Shown here: positions 12,927 through 51,065 of the stretch, piece by piece
Numbering within the stretch: position 1 is the stretch's first letter
Layout: every line of letters starts with the position of its first letter
Assembly (NCBI RefSeq): GCF_006345805.1
Contig: NC_043006.1
Coordinates: forward strand, 25,482,001-25,546,000
DNA: 64,000 bases
DNA from: Octopus sinensis
Taxonomy: Eukaryota
Direction of reading: 5' to 3'
Made by a program: the position numbers and the translations under genes
The notes under the pieces: model-generated
What the model was told of the DNA's origin: nothing
What the model saw: the letters and a program-made list of their open reading frames with translations, nothing else
The model's database searches: none

Positions 12927-12975
12927 CAAAATCTGTTACTCTGAGTTTCTCGTTGCTGTTCATCAGACAGTTTTT
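12927..12975 (-). ncRNA. Minimal hammerhead motif
   Basis: AAAACUGU-CUGAUGA-ACAGCAACGA-GAAA-CUCAGAG-UA-ACAGAUUUU; core intact, stem II weakened. Confidence 0.6.
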
Positions 12976-14090
12976 GTTAGAATGGAACCGATATATCAAT
13001 TCAATCCAGACTCTTACAAACGCTACACCTTTAAAAAATGGACTTGTTTGATTGGCCCTTTAGAAATAACGATCAATCTTTGAGCGATAAACAAAAAAAT
13101 GAGCTCAAAAATATATATGTATATATATATATAAAAAAAATTATAAAAATTATAAAATTCGAGGAAAAAACCTTACATTGAATAAAATACATATTGACGT
13201 TAATGAAGGAAATATAATTAATGCATGGAAATTAAAACGCATTATAAATATTACACTGCAATACATATTCATATTAAAGTGTACATATATATATATATAT
13301 TAACATACACAGAAGGATGCATGCAAACGCCATACATATACAGACGTATAAATATAAATATAAAATATACACACAAATGCATGCATACATATGTGTACGC
13401 AATCTATCTCGCACGCAAGTTAAAATCATCGATGCTAATGTAGTGTTTCTTATTTACGGAGCAAAGCTTAAGTGAGGGAGATGTAAAGTTGTATGCACCA
13501 GTATCAGTTAGAGAAAAAAACGAAAGAAAGGAAGAGAGAGAAAAAGGAACGAAGAAGGGGGAAGGAAAAAAGAAAAGGAGGGGTGGGGGAAAAAAACGAA
13601 ATAGGAAAAATTATGTATACAAGCTGTGTAACCACGTTATTGACATATATAGAGACAAGTATACAAACACAAGTTCAAATGGATACATGCACATACAGTC
13701 GTGTATGTGTGTGCTTAAGCACAAACATACGCTCACTTACACATACACAGAGACGCATGCTTACAAATACATATCCATGGCTATACACATATTTACATCA
13801 AAATTCTAATTTTTGACAACATTGCTATACAATACAATAGCATGAAATAAACAAAGCTGAAGGTTTTTTCTAATGTATATGTAGAAATATAAACAAATAA
13901 ACAAAATATATGCATGAGACTTTGCTATACGGAATGAAATCTGCATAGCGCGAAACAAATCCATCATCGCGTTTACATACTAGTCCAAGAGTTAAAATCA
14001 AAATTTCAAAAATCAATTAATTGAAAGCCGGGTTGAACCACATACACACACACACACACATATACATACATACACACACACACACATATA

Positions 14091-14217
14091 CAAGGTGTTC
14101 AGAAAGTCTGGGTACATGGGGATTAACACATACTTTAAGAAATTATCATTTCTTATATTTAATTCTTTATGTTATGATTTTATTTACTCCATGTACCCAG
14201 ACTTAGTGGACACCCTG
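14091..14217. mobile_element. Tc1/mariner-type MITE
   Basis: TIRs caaggtgttcagaaagtctgggtacatgg / ccatgtacccagacttagtggacaccctg flanked by TA. Confidence 0.7.
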
Positions 14218-14413
14218 TATATATATATATATGCAGCAGCACAGATTTTTTTGTCAGTGAACAGGTCGTGGTCTTAAAGCGATGAACTTAAATGTTGAAG
14301 TGAATCGAACGGCTTTTGTGTGTTTCTTAAATGGCTTCCACGCTGCAATTGTTTTCGTTTCAGCACACGATCTCAGATCAAATCACTTGGTATGCAAGTA
14401 CATCTCCGTAATA

Positions 14414-14464
<51 letters not shown>

Positions 14465-14486
14465 ACACACACACATGCACATACAT

Positions 14487-14547
<61 letters not shown>

Positions 14548-14617
14548 ATATATATATATTAAGTGAATATGTAAACAAAATTATCAGAAACCACGGCTAC
14601 AACATAGCTTCAATGGA

Positions 14618-40051
<25,434 letters not shown>

Positions 40052-40308
40052 GTCTTCACCATCGATCGAAGAACCCTAATTTAAAAAAAAACAAAAAAAC
40101 AATTGTAAAATATGCAAATTAACAGGCGCAGGAGTGGCTGCGTGGTACATAGCTTGCTAACCAACCACATGGTTCTGGGTTCAGTCCCACTGCATGACAC
40201 CTTGGGCAAGTGTCTTCTGCTATAGCCCTGGGCCAACCAATGCCTTGTGAGTGGATTTGGTAGATGGAAACTGAAAGAAGCCCGTAGTATATATATATAT
40301 ATGTATAT

Positions 40309-40373
<65 letters not shown>

Positions 40374-40422
40374 AGATGGACTTCTTTCAGTTTCCGTCTA
40401 CCAAATCCACTCACAATCCACT

Positions 40423-40460
<38 letters not shown>

Positions 40461-40684
40461 TGTGTGTGTTTGTGTGTCTGTGTTTGTTCCCCCAACATCG
40501 CTTGACAACCGATGCTGGTGTGTTCATGTCCCTGTAACTTAGCGGTTCAGCAAAAGAGACCGACAGAATAAGTACTAGGCTTCCAAAGAATAAGTCCCGG
40601 GGTCGATTTGCTCGACTAAAGGCGGTGCTCCAGCATGGCCACAGTCAATTGACTGAAACAAGTAAAAGAGTAAAAAGAGTATAC

Positions 40685-40827
40685 CTGAAATCCAAAGAAG
40701 ATGCATAATACCATGGCGGTACATCATTGATTCCGTAAACAATATCAAAATTCTTATTTGTTTTCACTTTCTCCTGTTCTTTTTGTCTTTTTTGTTCTGC
40801 CATGTCTTCACCATCGATCGAAGAACC
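40685..40827 (-). pseudogene. Frameshifted duplicate of SLC23 coding exon 1
   Basis: Copy of 39932-40075 with the same splice sites but a 1-nt deletion (gcataataccatgg vs gcataaataccatgg). Confidence 0.8.
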
Positions 40828-41549
40828 CTAATTTAAAAAAAAACAAAAAAACAATTGTAAAATATGCAAATTAACAGGCGCAGGAGTGGCTGCGTGGTAC
40901 ATAGCTTGCTAACCAACCACATGGTTCTGGGTTCAGTCCCACTGCATGACACCTTGGGCAAGTGTCTTCTGCTATAGCCCTGGGCCAACCAATGCCTTGT
41001 GAGTGGATTTGGTAGATGGAAACTGAAAGAAGCCTGTCGTATATATGTATGTATATATATATATGTGTGTGTGCATGTGTTTGTGTGTCTGTGTTTGTCC
41101 CCCTAGCATTGCTTGACAACCGATGCTGGTGTGTTTACATCCCCATCACTTAGCGGTTCGGCAAAAAGAGACCGATGGAATAAGTACTGGGCTTACAACG
41201 AATAAGTCCCGGGGTCGATTTGCTTGACTAAAGGCGGTGCTCCAGTATGGCTGCAGTCAAATGACTGAAATAAGTAAAAGAGTAAAAGAGAGTAACAAGA
41301 AACATATCATTGTATGGGATCTTTTCCTTTTGAACGGCAGACAATTTCTAGTTAACTAAACACTTTAAAACTTTGTATACTGGTAGAATGTGTCAAAATA
41401 AAACATTTTTTTCTCTTGGCTTTCTTGATAAAATTGTAATTTGTTTGTTTAACATAGTTTAATTTTTCGAATTTTAACCAATACACACATACATATATAC
41501 ATACATACATACATACATACATACATACATACATAGTGAGCTAAAATCA

Positions 41550-41935
41550 TTTGCTGTGTCTAAAACTGAGACAACATCCTGTCACTAACCCTCAACCTAA
41601 CCCTAACCCTAAATTTTTTTTTCTTAATTGTTAAATTAATTTAATTGTTACGCGTGTAAATAAAACCGAAAGCAATGGAAAATAATTCAAACAATTAACA
41701 AACAAAATAATTCTATAATTTTATACGCACGCTTTCTGTACGTGTACGGAAAGCGTGTGTATAAAATTATAGAATTATTTTGTTTGTTAATTGTTTGAAT
41801 TATTTTCCATTGCTTTCGGTTTTATTTACACGCGTAACAATTAAATTAATTTAACAATTAAGAAAAAAAAATTTAGGGTTAGGGTTAGGTTGAGGGTTAG
41901 TGACAGGATGTTGTCTCAGTTTTAGACGCAGCAAA
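41550..41935. repeat. Near-perfect ~385-bp palindrome with telomere-like tracts
   Basis: Arms 41550-41741 and 41744-41935, 2-nt loop, (AACCCT)n/(AGGGTT)n near the ends. Confidence 0.9.
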
Positions 41936-42259
41936 AGAGACTGATAGAATAAGTACTGGACTTACAAAAGAATAAGTCCTAGGGTTGATTTGCTCGACTA
42001 AAGGCGGTGCTCCAGCATGGCCACAGTCAAATGACTGAAACAAATAAAAGAGCAAAAGAAAGTAAAGTGTTCCCCTAACTTCTAAAGTGTATTTTGTTTT
42101 CTACAAAATGAAAACTTGAAAGAGGATTTACAAAACATATGAGTCCCGAAATAAGAGCCACGCCTCCAACAAACTCTCTTGACCCACACCCACAATGTGT
42201 ATGTGATGCAGATACAACAGGAATTTGTTGAAAATAAGGTTAAAACCAAAACAAGCACT

Positions 42260-42834
42260 CTTGTGTGTGTGTGGTGAGTGTGCGTGCTTGTTCTTGTGTA
42301 TGGGTGAGTGTGTGTGCGTGCTTGTTCTTGTGAGTGTATGTGTGTGCTTGTTCTTGTGTGTGTATGTGCGTGCTTGTTCTTGTGTGTGGTGTGTGTGTGT
42401 GTGTGTGTGTGTGTGAGTGTGAGTGGTTGTTTTCGTGACAACTTGACGATTCACTTCGGTTTGACAGATGCTAAAAATGGAAGGAGGAGGAGGAGAAGAA
42501 AGCTAATGGGTTGTATGTGTGTGTGTGTGTGCTTGTTCTTGGCTGTGTGAGCGTGCGTGCTTGTGTGTATGTGTGTGTGTGCGTGCTTGTTCTTGTGTGT
42601 GCGTGCTTGTTCTTGTGTATGGGTGAGTGTGTGTGTGTGCTTGTTTTTGCGTGTGTGTGTGTGTGTGTGTGTGCTTGTTCTTGGCTGTGTGAGCGTGCGT
42701 GCTTGTGTGTATGTGTGTGTGTGCGTGCTTGTTCTTGTGTGTGTGTGTGAGTGTGCGTGCTTGTTCTTGTGTATGGGTGAGTGTGTGTGTGTGCTTGTTT
42801 TTGCGTGTGTGTGTGTGTGTGTGCGTGCTTGTTC

Positions 42835-42871
<37 letters not shown>

Positions 42872-43200
42872 TGTTCTTGTGTGTGTGTGTGTGTGTGCAT
42901 GCTTGTTCTTGCGTGTGTGTGTGTGTGTGAGTGTGTGTGCGTGTTTGTTCTTGTGTGTGTGTGTGTGTGTGTGCGTGCTTGTTCTTGCGTGTGTGTGTGT
43001 GTGCGTGCTTGTTCTTGTGTGTGTGCGTGCTTGTTCTTGCGTGTGTGTGTGTGCGTGCTTGTTCTTGTGTGCCTGTGTGTGTGAGTGTGTGTTGTGCGTG
43101 CTTGTTCTTGCGTGTGTGTGTGTGTGTTTTATGCATGTGTGTGTGTGTGTGCTTGTTCTTGTGTGTGTGTGCGTGCTTGTTCTTGTGTGTGTGTGTTTCT
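42260..43200. repeat. Compound satellite (GT)n-GCGTGCTTGTTCTT
   Basis: Repeated punctuation motif gcgtgcttgttctt, also present in the arms of the element at 865-1618. Confidence 0.9.
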
Positions 43201-43359
43201 GTTCGGATTTTCCACACACACACGGAGCAGGCAAGAACAAATATGCAAGGCTTTTTGCTGGCCGGGGTCAATAATTTAAGTACCAGTTGCGTACTGAGGT
43301 CGGTCTAATCAACTAGCCCCCTCCTCCAAAATTTCGGGCCTTGTGCCTAGAGTAGAAAA

Positions 43360-43401
<42 letters not shown>

Positions 43402-43604
43402 CATTATTCGTCGTCGTCTTTTTCTTCTTCTTCTTCTTCTTCTTCTTCTTCATCATCATCACCATCACCACCATCATCATCACCATCACCACCGTCATCA
43501 TCATCATCATCATCACCATCACCATCATCATCATCATCATCATCATCACCATCACCATCACCATCGTCGTCGTAGTCGTCATCGTCATCATCATGATCAT
43601 CATC

Positions 43605-44100
43605 ATCATCTTCTTAATCCTTTTTGCCCCTTGTGGAGCATAGGGCCTCAACAGTTGTTTTCCACTTTTTGCGGTCATTGGCGTGTTTCTTAGCTACTTC
43701 CTATGTCAGGCCGGTGGTCCTCAGCTCGTCCAAAATGCTCCCCTTCCATCTCTGCTTCGGGCGTCCTCGCTTCCTTTTCCCCTGCGGGTTCCAGTCAAGT
43801 GCTTGTCATGTCACATTTGAGGGTTCTTTCTGCAGTGTGTGTCCGATCCATCTCCATTTCCTTCGTCTAATCTGAATATGTATGGGTTCCTGGTTGGCCC
43901 TTTCCCACAGGTCGGTGTTTGGCACTCTGTCGAACCACTTCAGATGGAGGATCTGCCGGAGACATTTGTTGATGAAGGCCTGGATCTTCTTGTAGTTGCT
44001 GCATGTGGCTTTCCATGTTTCAGAGCCATACAAAAGCACAGATCTTGCGTTTGAACGAAGTAAGTGGAGTTTAGTTCGAGTTGAGATGGCAGGAAGAGCC
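43605..44100 (-). mobile_element. 3' fragment of a second RTE-family LINE with microsatellite tail
   Basis: SVLLYGSETW...KCLRQIL...RRRKWRWIGHTL...WNPQGKRKRGRPK; followed on the minus strand by (GAT/GGT/GAA/AAT)n at 43360-43612. Confidence 0.85.
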
Positions 44101-44250
44101 AATCACAATCGAAGAGTCACCTGTGGAGGACGGAAACTGAAAGATGCCCATCTTGTGTGTTTGTTTGTGTGTGTGTGTGTGTGTTGTGTGTGTGTGTGTG
44201 TGTGTATGTGTGTGCGTGTGTGCGCGCGTGCGTGTGTGTGTCTGTGTGTC

Positions 44251-44290
<40 letters not shown>

Positions 44291-46364
44291 TGTGTGTGTG
44301 TGTGTGTTTGTGTGTCTGTGTTAGTCCCCCCAACATCGCTTGACAACCGATGCTGGTGTGTTTACGTTCCCATAACTTAGCGGTTCGGCAAAAGAGACCG
44401 ATAGAATAAGTCCTGGGGTCGATTTGCTCGACTAAAGGCGGTGCTCCAGCATGGCCACAGTCAAATGACTGAAACAAGCGAAAGAGTAAAAGAATATGAA
44501 TAAATAAACGAACACTTTATTCCAACTTTCCCTACCACACAAGAATTCGAGAAAAAATAATGAAAAAAAATTATGGGATCGCTCTAATCATCTTTGTGCA
44601 AAGATTTATGTCAGAGAAACGAAGAATTACCCAAGCCCTCCCCTTGCTGTATACGGCATAAACACGAAGTTTGGAAACCCTTTTCGCCATTGCGCATGCG
44701 TTGACTTTGATGCTAAAAGTACAACTTTGGAAGTGTGTTGATGGGTGGGCGTGGATGGATGGGCGACACGGAAGATAAAGTTTTTGGAAATTTTGTTTTT
44801 TTAATTTTCGGTTTTAAACTGCGTCGTTCGTTTCTCTTTTATTTTCAAATAAGTTTTTTTAAATTGGGTGCGCCCGTACGTTAAATAAGCAGTCTATTCA
44901 CGTGCTAGAAATAGCAGCCGAATCTCACACAAACTCTATTTCGCACGTTCGTTTATTTATTTACTTGTTTCAGTCATTTGACAGTGGCCATGCTGGAGCA
45001 CCGCCTTTAGTCGAGCATATCGACCCCAGGACTTATTCTTTGTAAGCCCAGTACTTATTCTATCAGTGTCTTTTGCCGAACCGCTAAGTTACGGGGACGT
45101 AAACACACCAGCATCGGTTGTCAGGCGATGTTGGCGGAGGGGGGGCAAACACAGCACACAAACATACACACACATATATATATATACATATATACGACGG
45201 GCTTCTTTCAGTTTCCGTCTACCGAATCCACTCACAAGGCTTTGGTCGGCCCGAAGCTATAGCAGAAGATTTCCAAATAACTTTTTAAATACTTCGAAAT
45301 CAAAATTGGGCGCACCCGTACCTTATATAAGCAGCCAGCAAGCATTCAATTCACGTGCTAGAAATAGCAGCCGAATCTCACACAAACTCTTTTTCCCACA
45401 TTCTTTTTTTGTAATTTTTTTTTTCATATACGATTCATAGAAACCGATTATATCGCATTTTTTTTTTTTTTACTTTTTTGGAAAAAGCTATTCGTAGGGG
45501 TGAGGATGAGTTTCGACAAAAATCCCAAACTGGTCGGATTCGTTTCTTGCGATAAAATTTCAGAGAAATTTCCCGCGGTAAAAACTCATCTATTATATAT
45601 ACTGTGTGGTAAAAAGTGAAAATAAAGTGTTGAAACTGTTGCCCAAATTTCTAAAATGTTTTGTTTTTTTTTTTCATACAAAATGAAACGACGAAATAAC
45701 AGCCACGTCTCCAACAAACTCTCTTGACATCCCCTTGCAATGTATATGTGATGTACATACAACAGGAATTCATTGAAAATATCAAAGAAATTTCATGTTA
45801 CATACCGTTGGAATTTGTAGGGTATAAAGCTCGCGGTTATGATTTCCGTGATCCTTTAATTCCATTTTGGAATCCCTCTCGGTGTCAGAAAACGAAACAA
45901 TTTTAGTGCGCATGCACGATACGCGAAAGGGCAATTAGTGGACGACAAGGATAGATATGAGAAAATGACAGAACTTTTCGGGGATAGTATAGGTTTTTTT
46001 TTAAGATTTCGAAATCAAGAACTTTTCGGGGATAGTATAGATTCGTTACGATTAGAAATTGAATTCGACGAACTCCCAACGGTCGGGGAGTTTGAAGATT
46101 TGGTGCATTTAATGAACTTTTAAATTAAAAGAGGAAAGTAAACTTTTATGGATTTCTTTCGTTTTAACTCTACAAAAGCAAAACAAGCACTCAAGTTTTT
46201 GCGTGACAAAATCGACAATTAACTACGCGTATAATCGCCACCTCGTGACCGATGCTAAAATGGGAGGAGCAGAAGAAAGATAACGGGTTGTGAGTGCGGG
46301 GTTAGGAAAAAAAATAAAGATCTAAGAGAAAGAACAAAAATAAGAAAGATGCTGAAACAAAGAA

Positions 46365-46769
46365 GGGATCTTTTCGGTTTGAACGGCAGTTTTTTAACAT
46401 AATTTCTAGGTAACTAAACACTTTGAAACTTCGTATACTCGTAGAATGTGTTTATAAAACATTTTTTTCTCTTGGCTTTATTGAGAAAATTCTAGAGTTT
46501 GCAAGATATTTATTGTTTTTTTTTTTCAATTTCAACCAATCAATGACGTCCATCGAGGTAAAAAAAAAACATATGAATTATGTCCCTTGTTTAAGAAACA
46601 GATTGGGTTTATTTACATTTGTGAAAAAAAAAGATACCCTTCCCCCCAACCCTAATCCTAACCCTAAAACAGATTGAAATTCAATAGATCGATACTAGGG
46701 TCATAATTATGGGTGACAATTTCATATGACACCACTAGAAAAAACTGTCGTTCAAACCGAAAAGATCCC
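46365..46769. mobile_element. MITE with GGGATCTTTTCGGTTTGAACGGC TIRs
   Basis: Both TIRs visible; contains (AACCCT)-like tract; other copies at 1-281 (partial), 34100-34858 (with internal duplications) and 48245-48650. Confidence 0.75.
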
Positions 46770-46994
46770 GACACCAAATTGGTCACATTGAAGCAAGTCG
46801 GCACATTCGCGGCATTACCACAGGCGATGGTGATGCTAAATCTCTCTCTATATAAAGCTGAAGTTGTCTGTGTATGGCAGGTTTGGTAGCCTTCAACTAA
46901 CACTATCTTCTCCGAGACCCTGCGGCGCAAATTAACCAAAATTGAGAGTATGATAGCAGAAGGCTTCCTCTTCCTTCCGTAGAAGAAAAAATTC

Positions 46995-48019
46995 GGCGAT
47001 CTTTCGTTTGTAGTAGCACGTTTCCGTCGATGATTTCCGTAAAAAACTTTTATTTTTTTACATATGGCCTTGCGGGAACATTTTAAGTAATGAGAGCGAA
47101 AGAGACTAAGAGGAAGCGATTTTATGATGAGGGAATTTCTTTTGAAGTTATCAAAGCATTGATGTACATGTGTGTGTGTGTGTGCGCATGTGTTTGATGG
47201 GGTGTAGGAGACAGACAGTATGTTGTGTAAGTGAAGTGCTTCTGTTAGTGTGTGTGAAGAGACAGAGAGAGTAATGTGTGAAAGAGAGAGATAACTGAAA
47301 TTTTTTACTCGGTGTATGTGTATATGTATGTATGCATGTATGTGTGTGTGTGTATGCATCTATGTATGTGTGTGTGTATGTATGTATGTATGGCCGATTC
47401 AGTGTAATTTTTTACTCGGTGTATGTGTATATGTATGTCTGAATGTATGTATGTATGTGTGTATGTATCTATGTATGTGTATGTGTGTGTGTATGTATGT
47501 ATGGCCGATTCAGTGTAATTTTTTACTCGGTGTATGTGTATATGTATGTCTGAATGTATGTGTGTGTGTGTGTAAGTATGTGTGTGTGTATGTGTGTATG
47601 TATGGCCGATTCAGTGTAATTTTTTTCTCGGTGTATGTGTATATGTATGTCTGCATGTATGTGTGTGTGTGTATGTATCTACACATACACCGAGTAAAAA
47701 ATTTCAGTTATCTCTCTCTTTCACACATTACTCTCTCTGTCTCTTCATACACACTAACAGAAGCACTTCACTTACACAACATACTGTCTGTCTCCCACAC
47801 CCCATCAAACACACACACACACGCGCGCGCGCACACACACACACATGTACATCAATGCTTTGATAACTTCAAAAGAAATTCCCTCGTCATAAAATCGCTT
47901 CCTCTTAGTCTCTTTTGCTCTCATTACTTAAAATGTTCCCGCAAGGCCATATGTAAAAAAATAAAAGTTTTTTACGGAAATCATCGACGGAAACATGCTA
48001 CTACAAACGAAAGATCGCC
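46995..48019. mobile_element. Foldback element, GGCGATCTTTCGTTTG ends, ~330-bp TIRs, internal ~100-bp tandem repeats
   Basis: Same family as 54362-55384 with the core in opposite orientation; flanks are inverted rather than direct. Confidence 0.8.
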
Positions 48020-48244
48020 GAATTTTTTCTTCTACGGAAGGAAGAGCAAGCCTTCTGCTATCATACTCTCAATTTTGGTTAATTTGCGACACAGGATCTC
48101 GGAGAAGATAGTGTTAGTTCAAGGCTACCAAACCTGCCATACACAGACAACTTCAGCTTTATATAGAGAGAGATTTAGCATCGCCATCGCCTGTGGTAAT
48201 GCCGCAAATGTGCCGACTTGCTTCAGTGTGACCAATTTGGTGTC

Positions 48245-48650
48245 GGGATCTTTTCGGTTTGAACGGCAGTTTTTTCTAGCGGTGTCATATGAAATTGTCA
48301 CCCATAATTATGACCCTTGTATCGATCTATTGAATTTCAATCTGTTTTAGGATTAGGGTGGGGGAGGGTATCTTTTTTTCTTCACAAATGTAAATAAACC
48401 CAATCTATTTCTTAAACGAGGGACATATTCATACGGCACAGAATGTATTTTACCTCAATGGACGTCATTGATTGGTTGAAATTGCAGAAATTGAAGAAAA
48501 AAAACAAATATCTTACAAACCATAGAATTTTCTCAATAAAGCCAAGAGAAAAAGATGTTTTATAAGCACATTCTACCAGTATACGAAGTTTAAAAGTGTT
48601 TAGTTACGTGGAAATTATGTTAAAAACTGCCGTTCAAACTGAAAAGGTCC
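48245..48650. mobile_element. MITE with GGGATCTTTTC TIRs (inverted copy)
   Basis: Reverse-complement copy of 46365-46769. Confidence 0.75.
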
Positions 48651-49913
48651 AAAAAAAATGTAACAAAACTGGGATCTTTTCTTTTTGAAAGCCAGATTTT
48701 CCTAGTTAACTAAACAATTTGAAACTGCAGAATCATAATCTCCGTATTTTTGCACGTATTTTGCCCAAAAATTTTTCTGGAAAAAGTGGAAAATGAAGAA
48801 ATGGAGAGAGTGGATGTTTAAATTTTGAATTTTCGATTTTTGAAAAAATTTTTTCAGAATTGGAATCTATAGCCTAAAACGTGGGATTCCGTAAAAAAAA
48901 TTAATAAATTAAGGGAAGAAGGGTTTCGTTTACGTATCTATTTCTTTACTACCCACAAGGGGCTAAACACAGAGGGGACAAACAAGGACAGACAAAGGGA
49001 TTAAGTCGATTATATCGACCCCAGTGCGTAACTGGTACTTAATTTATCAACCCCGAAAGGATGAAAGGCAAAGTCGACCTCGGCGGAATTTGAACTCAGA
49101 ACGTAACGGCAGACAAAATACAGCTACGCATTTCGCCCGGCATGCTAACGTTTCTGCCAGCTCACCGCCCAGACGTTTATGTATCCCCCATCTGGACCCG
49201 CGAAGTGGGTACGGTCCATGATCTTCACGGCGGGGGTAAAAACAACGGACCGCACCCCATTATGGATGTTTTATTTTTTTACTGGAACCCACTATAGCAA
49301 ATGCAGAGATGCTGAATATGCAAACAAATCTTCGTTTCAAAATTGGTGAAATATGTAGAAAAGGTGTAACTTCGGTATAAGTACAGGATACATTTCAAGA
49401 AGGTGGTTTTTTTTTATATATGGGGGGGGGGGTTAGGGTTAGGGTTTGTGTCAGGGTTAGGGTATGAGGCGATCCTTCGGTATATGTACACACGTGACTT
49501 TGTTTACATTTCTGAAGATAACAGAAGCCCTTTTCTCCCACCCCTAACACAAACCCTAACCCTAACACTAACACAAACCCTAACCCTCCATATATATATA
49601 AAAAAAAAAAACTTTGGATCTTTTCTAAAAGATGGACAGAATTTTCTAGTTAACTAAACAATTTGAAACTTCGTATACTGGTAGAATGTGTCAAAAGAAA
49701 ACATTATTGTAAACCAAATTGAAAACGAAATTGTAATTACTAAGTTTAACGTAGTTTAATTATTCGAATTTTAACCAATGGTATTCTTTGTTTTGAGCTG
49801 ATATCATTATATCAATGACTGATTTGGCACAACCTCACTCTCCTGTGAACAACCAGACTCCTTCCTCTCTTTTGTCCAATCCTTCCATCCTGCCCTCGAA
49901 TTCTACTGCACTA

Positions 49914-50135
49914 TCTCTAACTCTTGTCGAATTTCTTGACATTTCTGTCAGCATCCACCACTCCGCTCTCAATACCTCCAACCACTACAAATACACTGAC
50001 TCACACTCCTACCTTAACTTCTCTTCCTTCCACCCTGCCCACACCCAGCTCTCCATCCCCTACTCCCAATTCCTCCATCTATGCTGGTTCTGCAGTGATA
50101 ACCATGACTTTGAGACTCATACTCCTAGCTGCCAC
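49914..50135 (+). mobile_element. Penelope-like RT C-terminal fragment
   Basis: EFLDISVSI...[36 protein letters not shown] matches the PLE RT thumb pattern (FLD...DSHSYL..SS.HP.H...SIPYSQ). Confidence 0.7.
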
Positions 50136-50686
50136 AGTGATCTCCAGATCTGGGAGTGAGCGATTCTGTGAGAGACTTTCTCTAGGTTGATTAATGCCCA
50201 GAACAGCAGTTTACTTTTGGCTAAATACTTCTCCTGCATTTGCCTTACTATGAAGAGAGCATCAGTAGTACTTGCTGCAGGCATAAAAGTGAACTGTCTA
50301 ATCTAGTCTAATCCTCTTTTTAAGTCGTGTTATAACACTTTGTAACTTTCAGGAACTGGTCCAGCAACTTGATACGTCTGTAATTATTTCTCTCTTTGGA
50401 ATCACCTTTAAGTTTATAAGCTTAATTAAATATTGCTACAGTGTGAGAAGCTATCATTTACATAGTGCTTCCACTACTTTCTGGGTCAAGTTGTATGCAT
50501 AACAATAACTTTTTACAAGTGGACTGAGTCAGCAAAAGCTTTTCAATATAATGCCGGACACCAGAAATAAACATGATTGAAGATTCCTTATAAAAAATTA
50601 CTGGATAGACATGATTAGAAGTGTTCTTTTTTGGTGGGGAGGGCTTGGGGAAAAGATAGGATAGTAACATTAGGAATGCAAGATAA

Positions 50687-51065
50687 TCTTTATATATAAA
50701 AGAGAAGTTGTGTGTCTGTCTCCTACGATTTAGATTCGTAACTACTCCCACATTTTGCGGTGCAGTTTAACCAAAACTGGGTATCTTATAGTCGTGATTC
50801 ATATCGAGCCTTTCTGAGTATTAGTGCGCGTCTACGATGAGTCTACGATTTAAAAAAAAATTTACCATCATCTTTTTCGCTATTATATAAGGGAAGTAAC
50901 TCTCTAAAAATTTCTACGATGAATCAACGATTTAAAAAAAAATTTACCATCATTTGTTTTCCATTTTTAATGCATTTTTTTGCTATTTTTTGGCTATAAC
51001 TCTCTAAAAATGCTTATATAATTATTTCCCTTACAAACCCGAGCAACGCCGGGCGATACTGCTAG
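50687..51065 (+). mobile_element. Non-autonomous Helitron
   Basis: 5' TC, subterminal hairpin cccgagcaacgccggg, 3' CTAG, inserted between A and T with no TSD. Confidence 0.8.

Noticed and set aside
45938-46123. 61-aa ORF with repeated ELFGDSI
   Set aside because: The repeat arises from a 22-bp direct duplication; no recognisable domain or splice partners.
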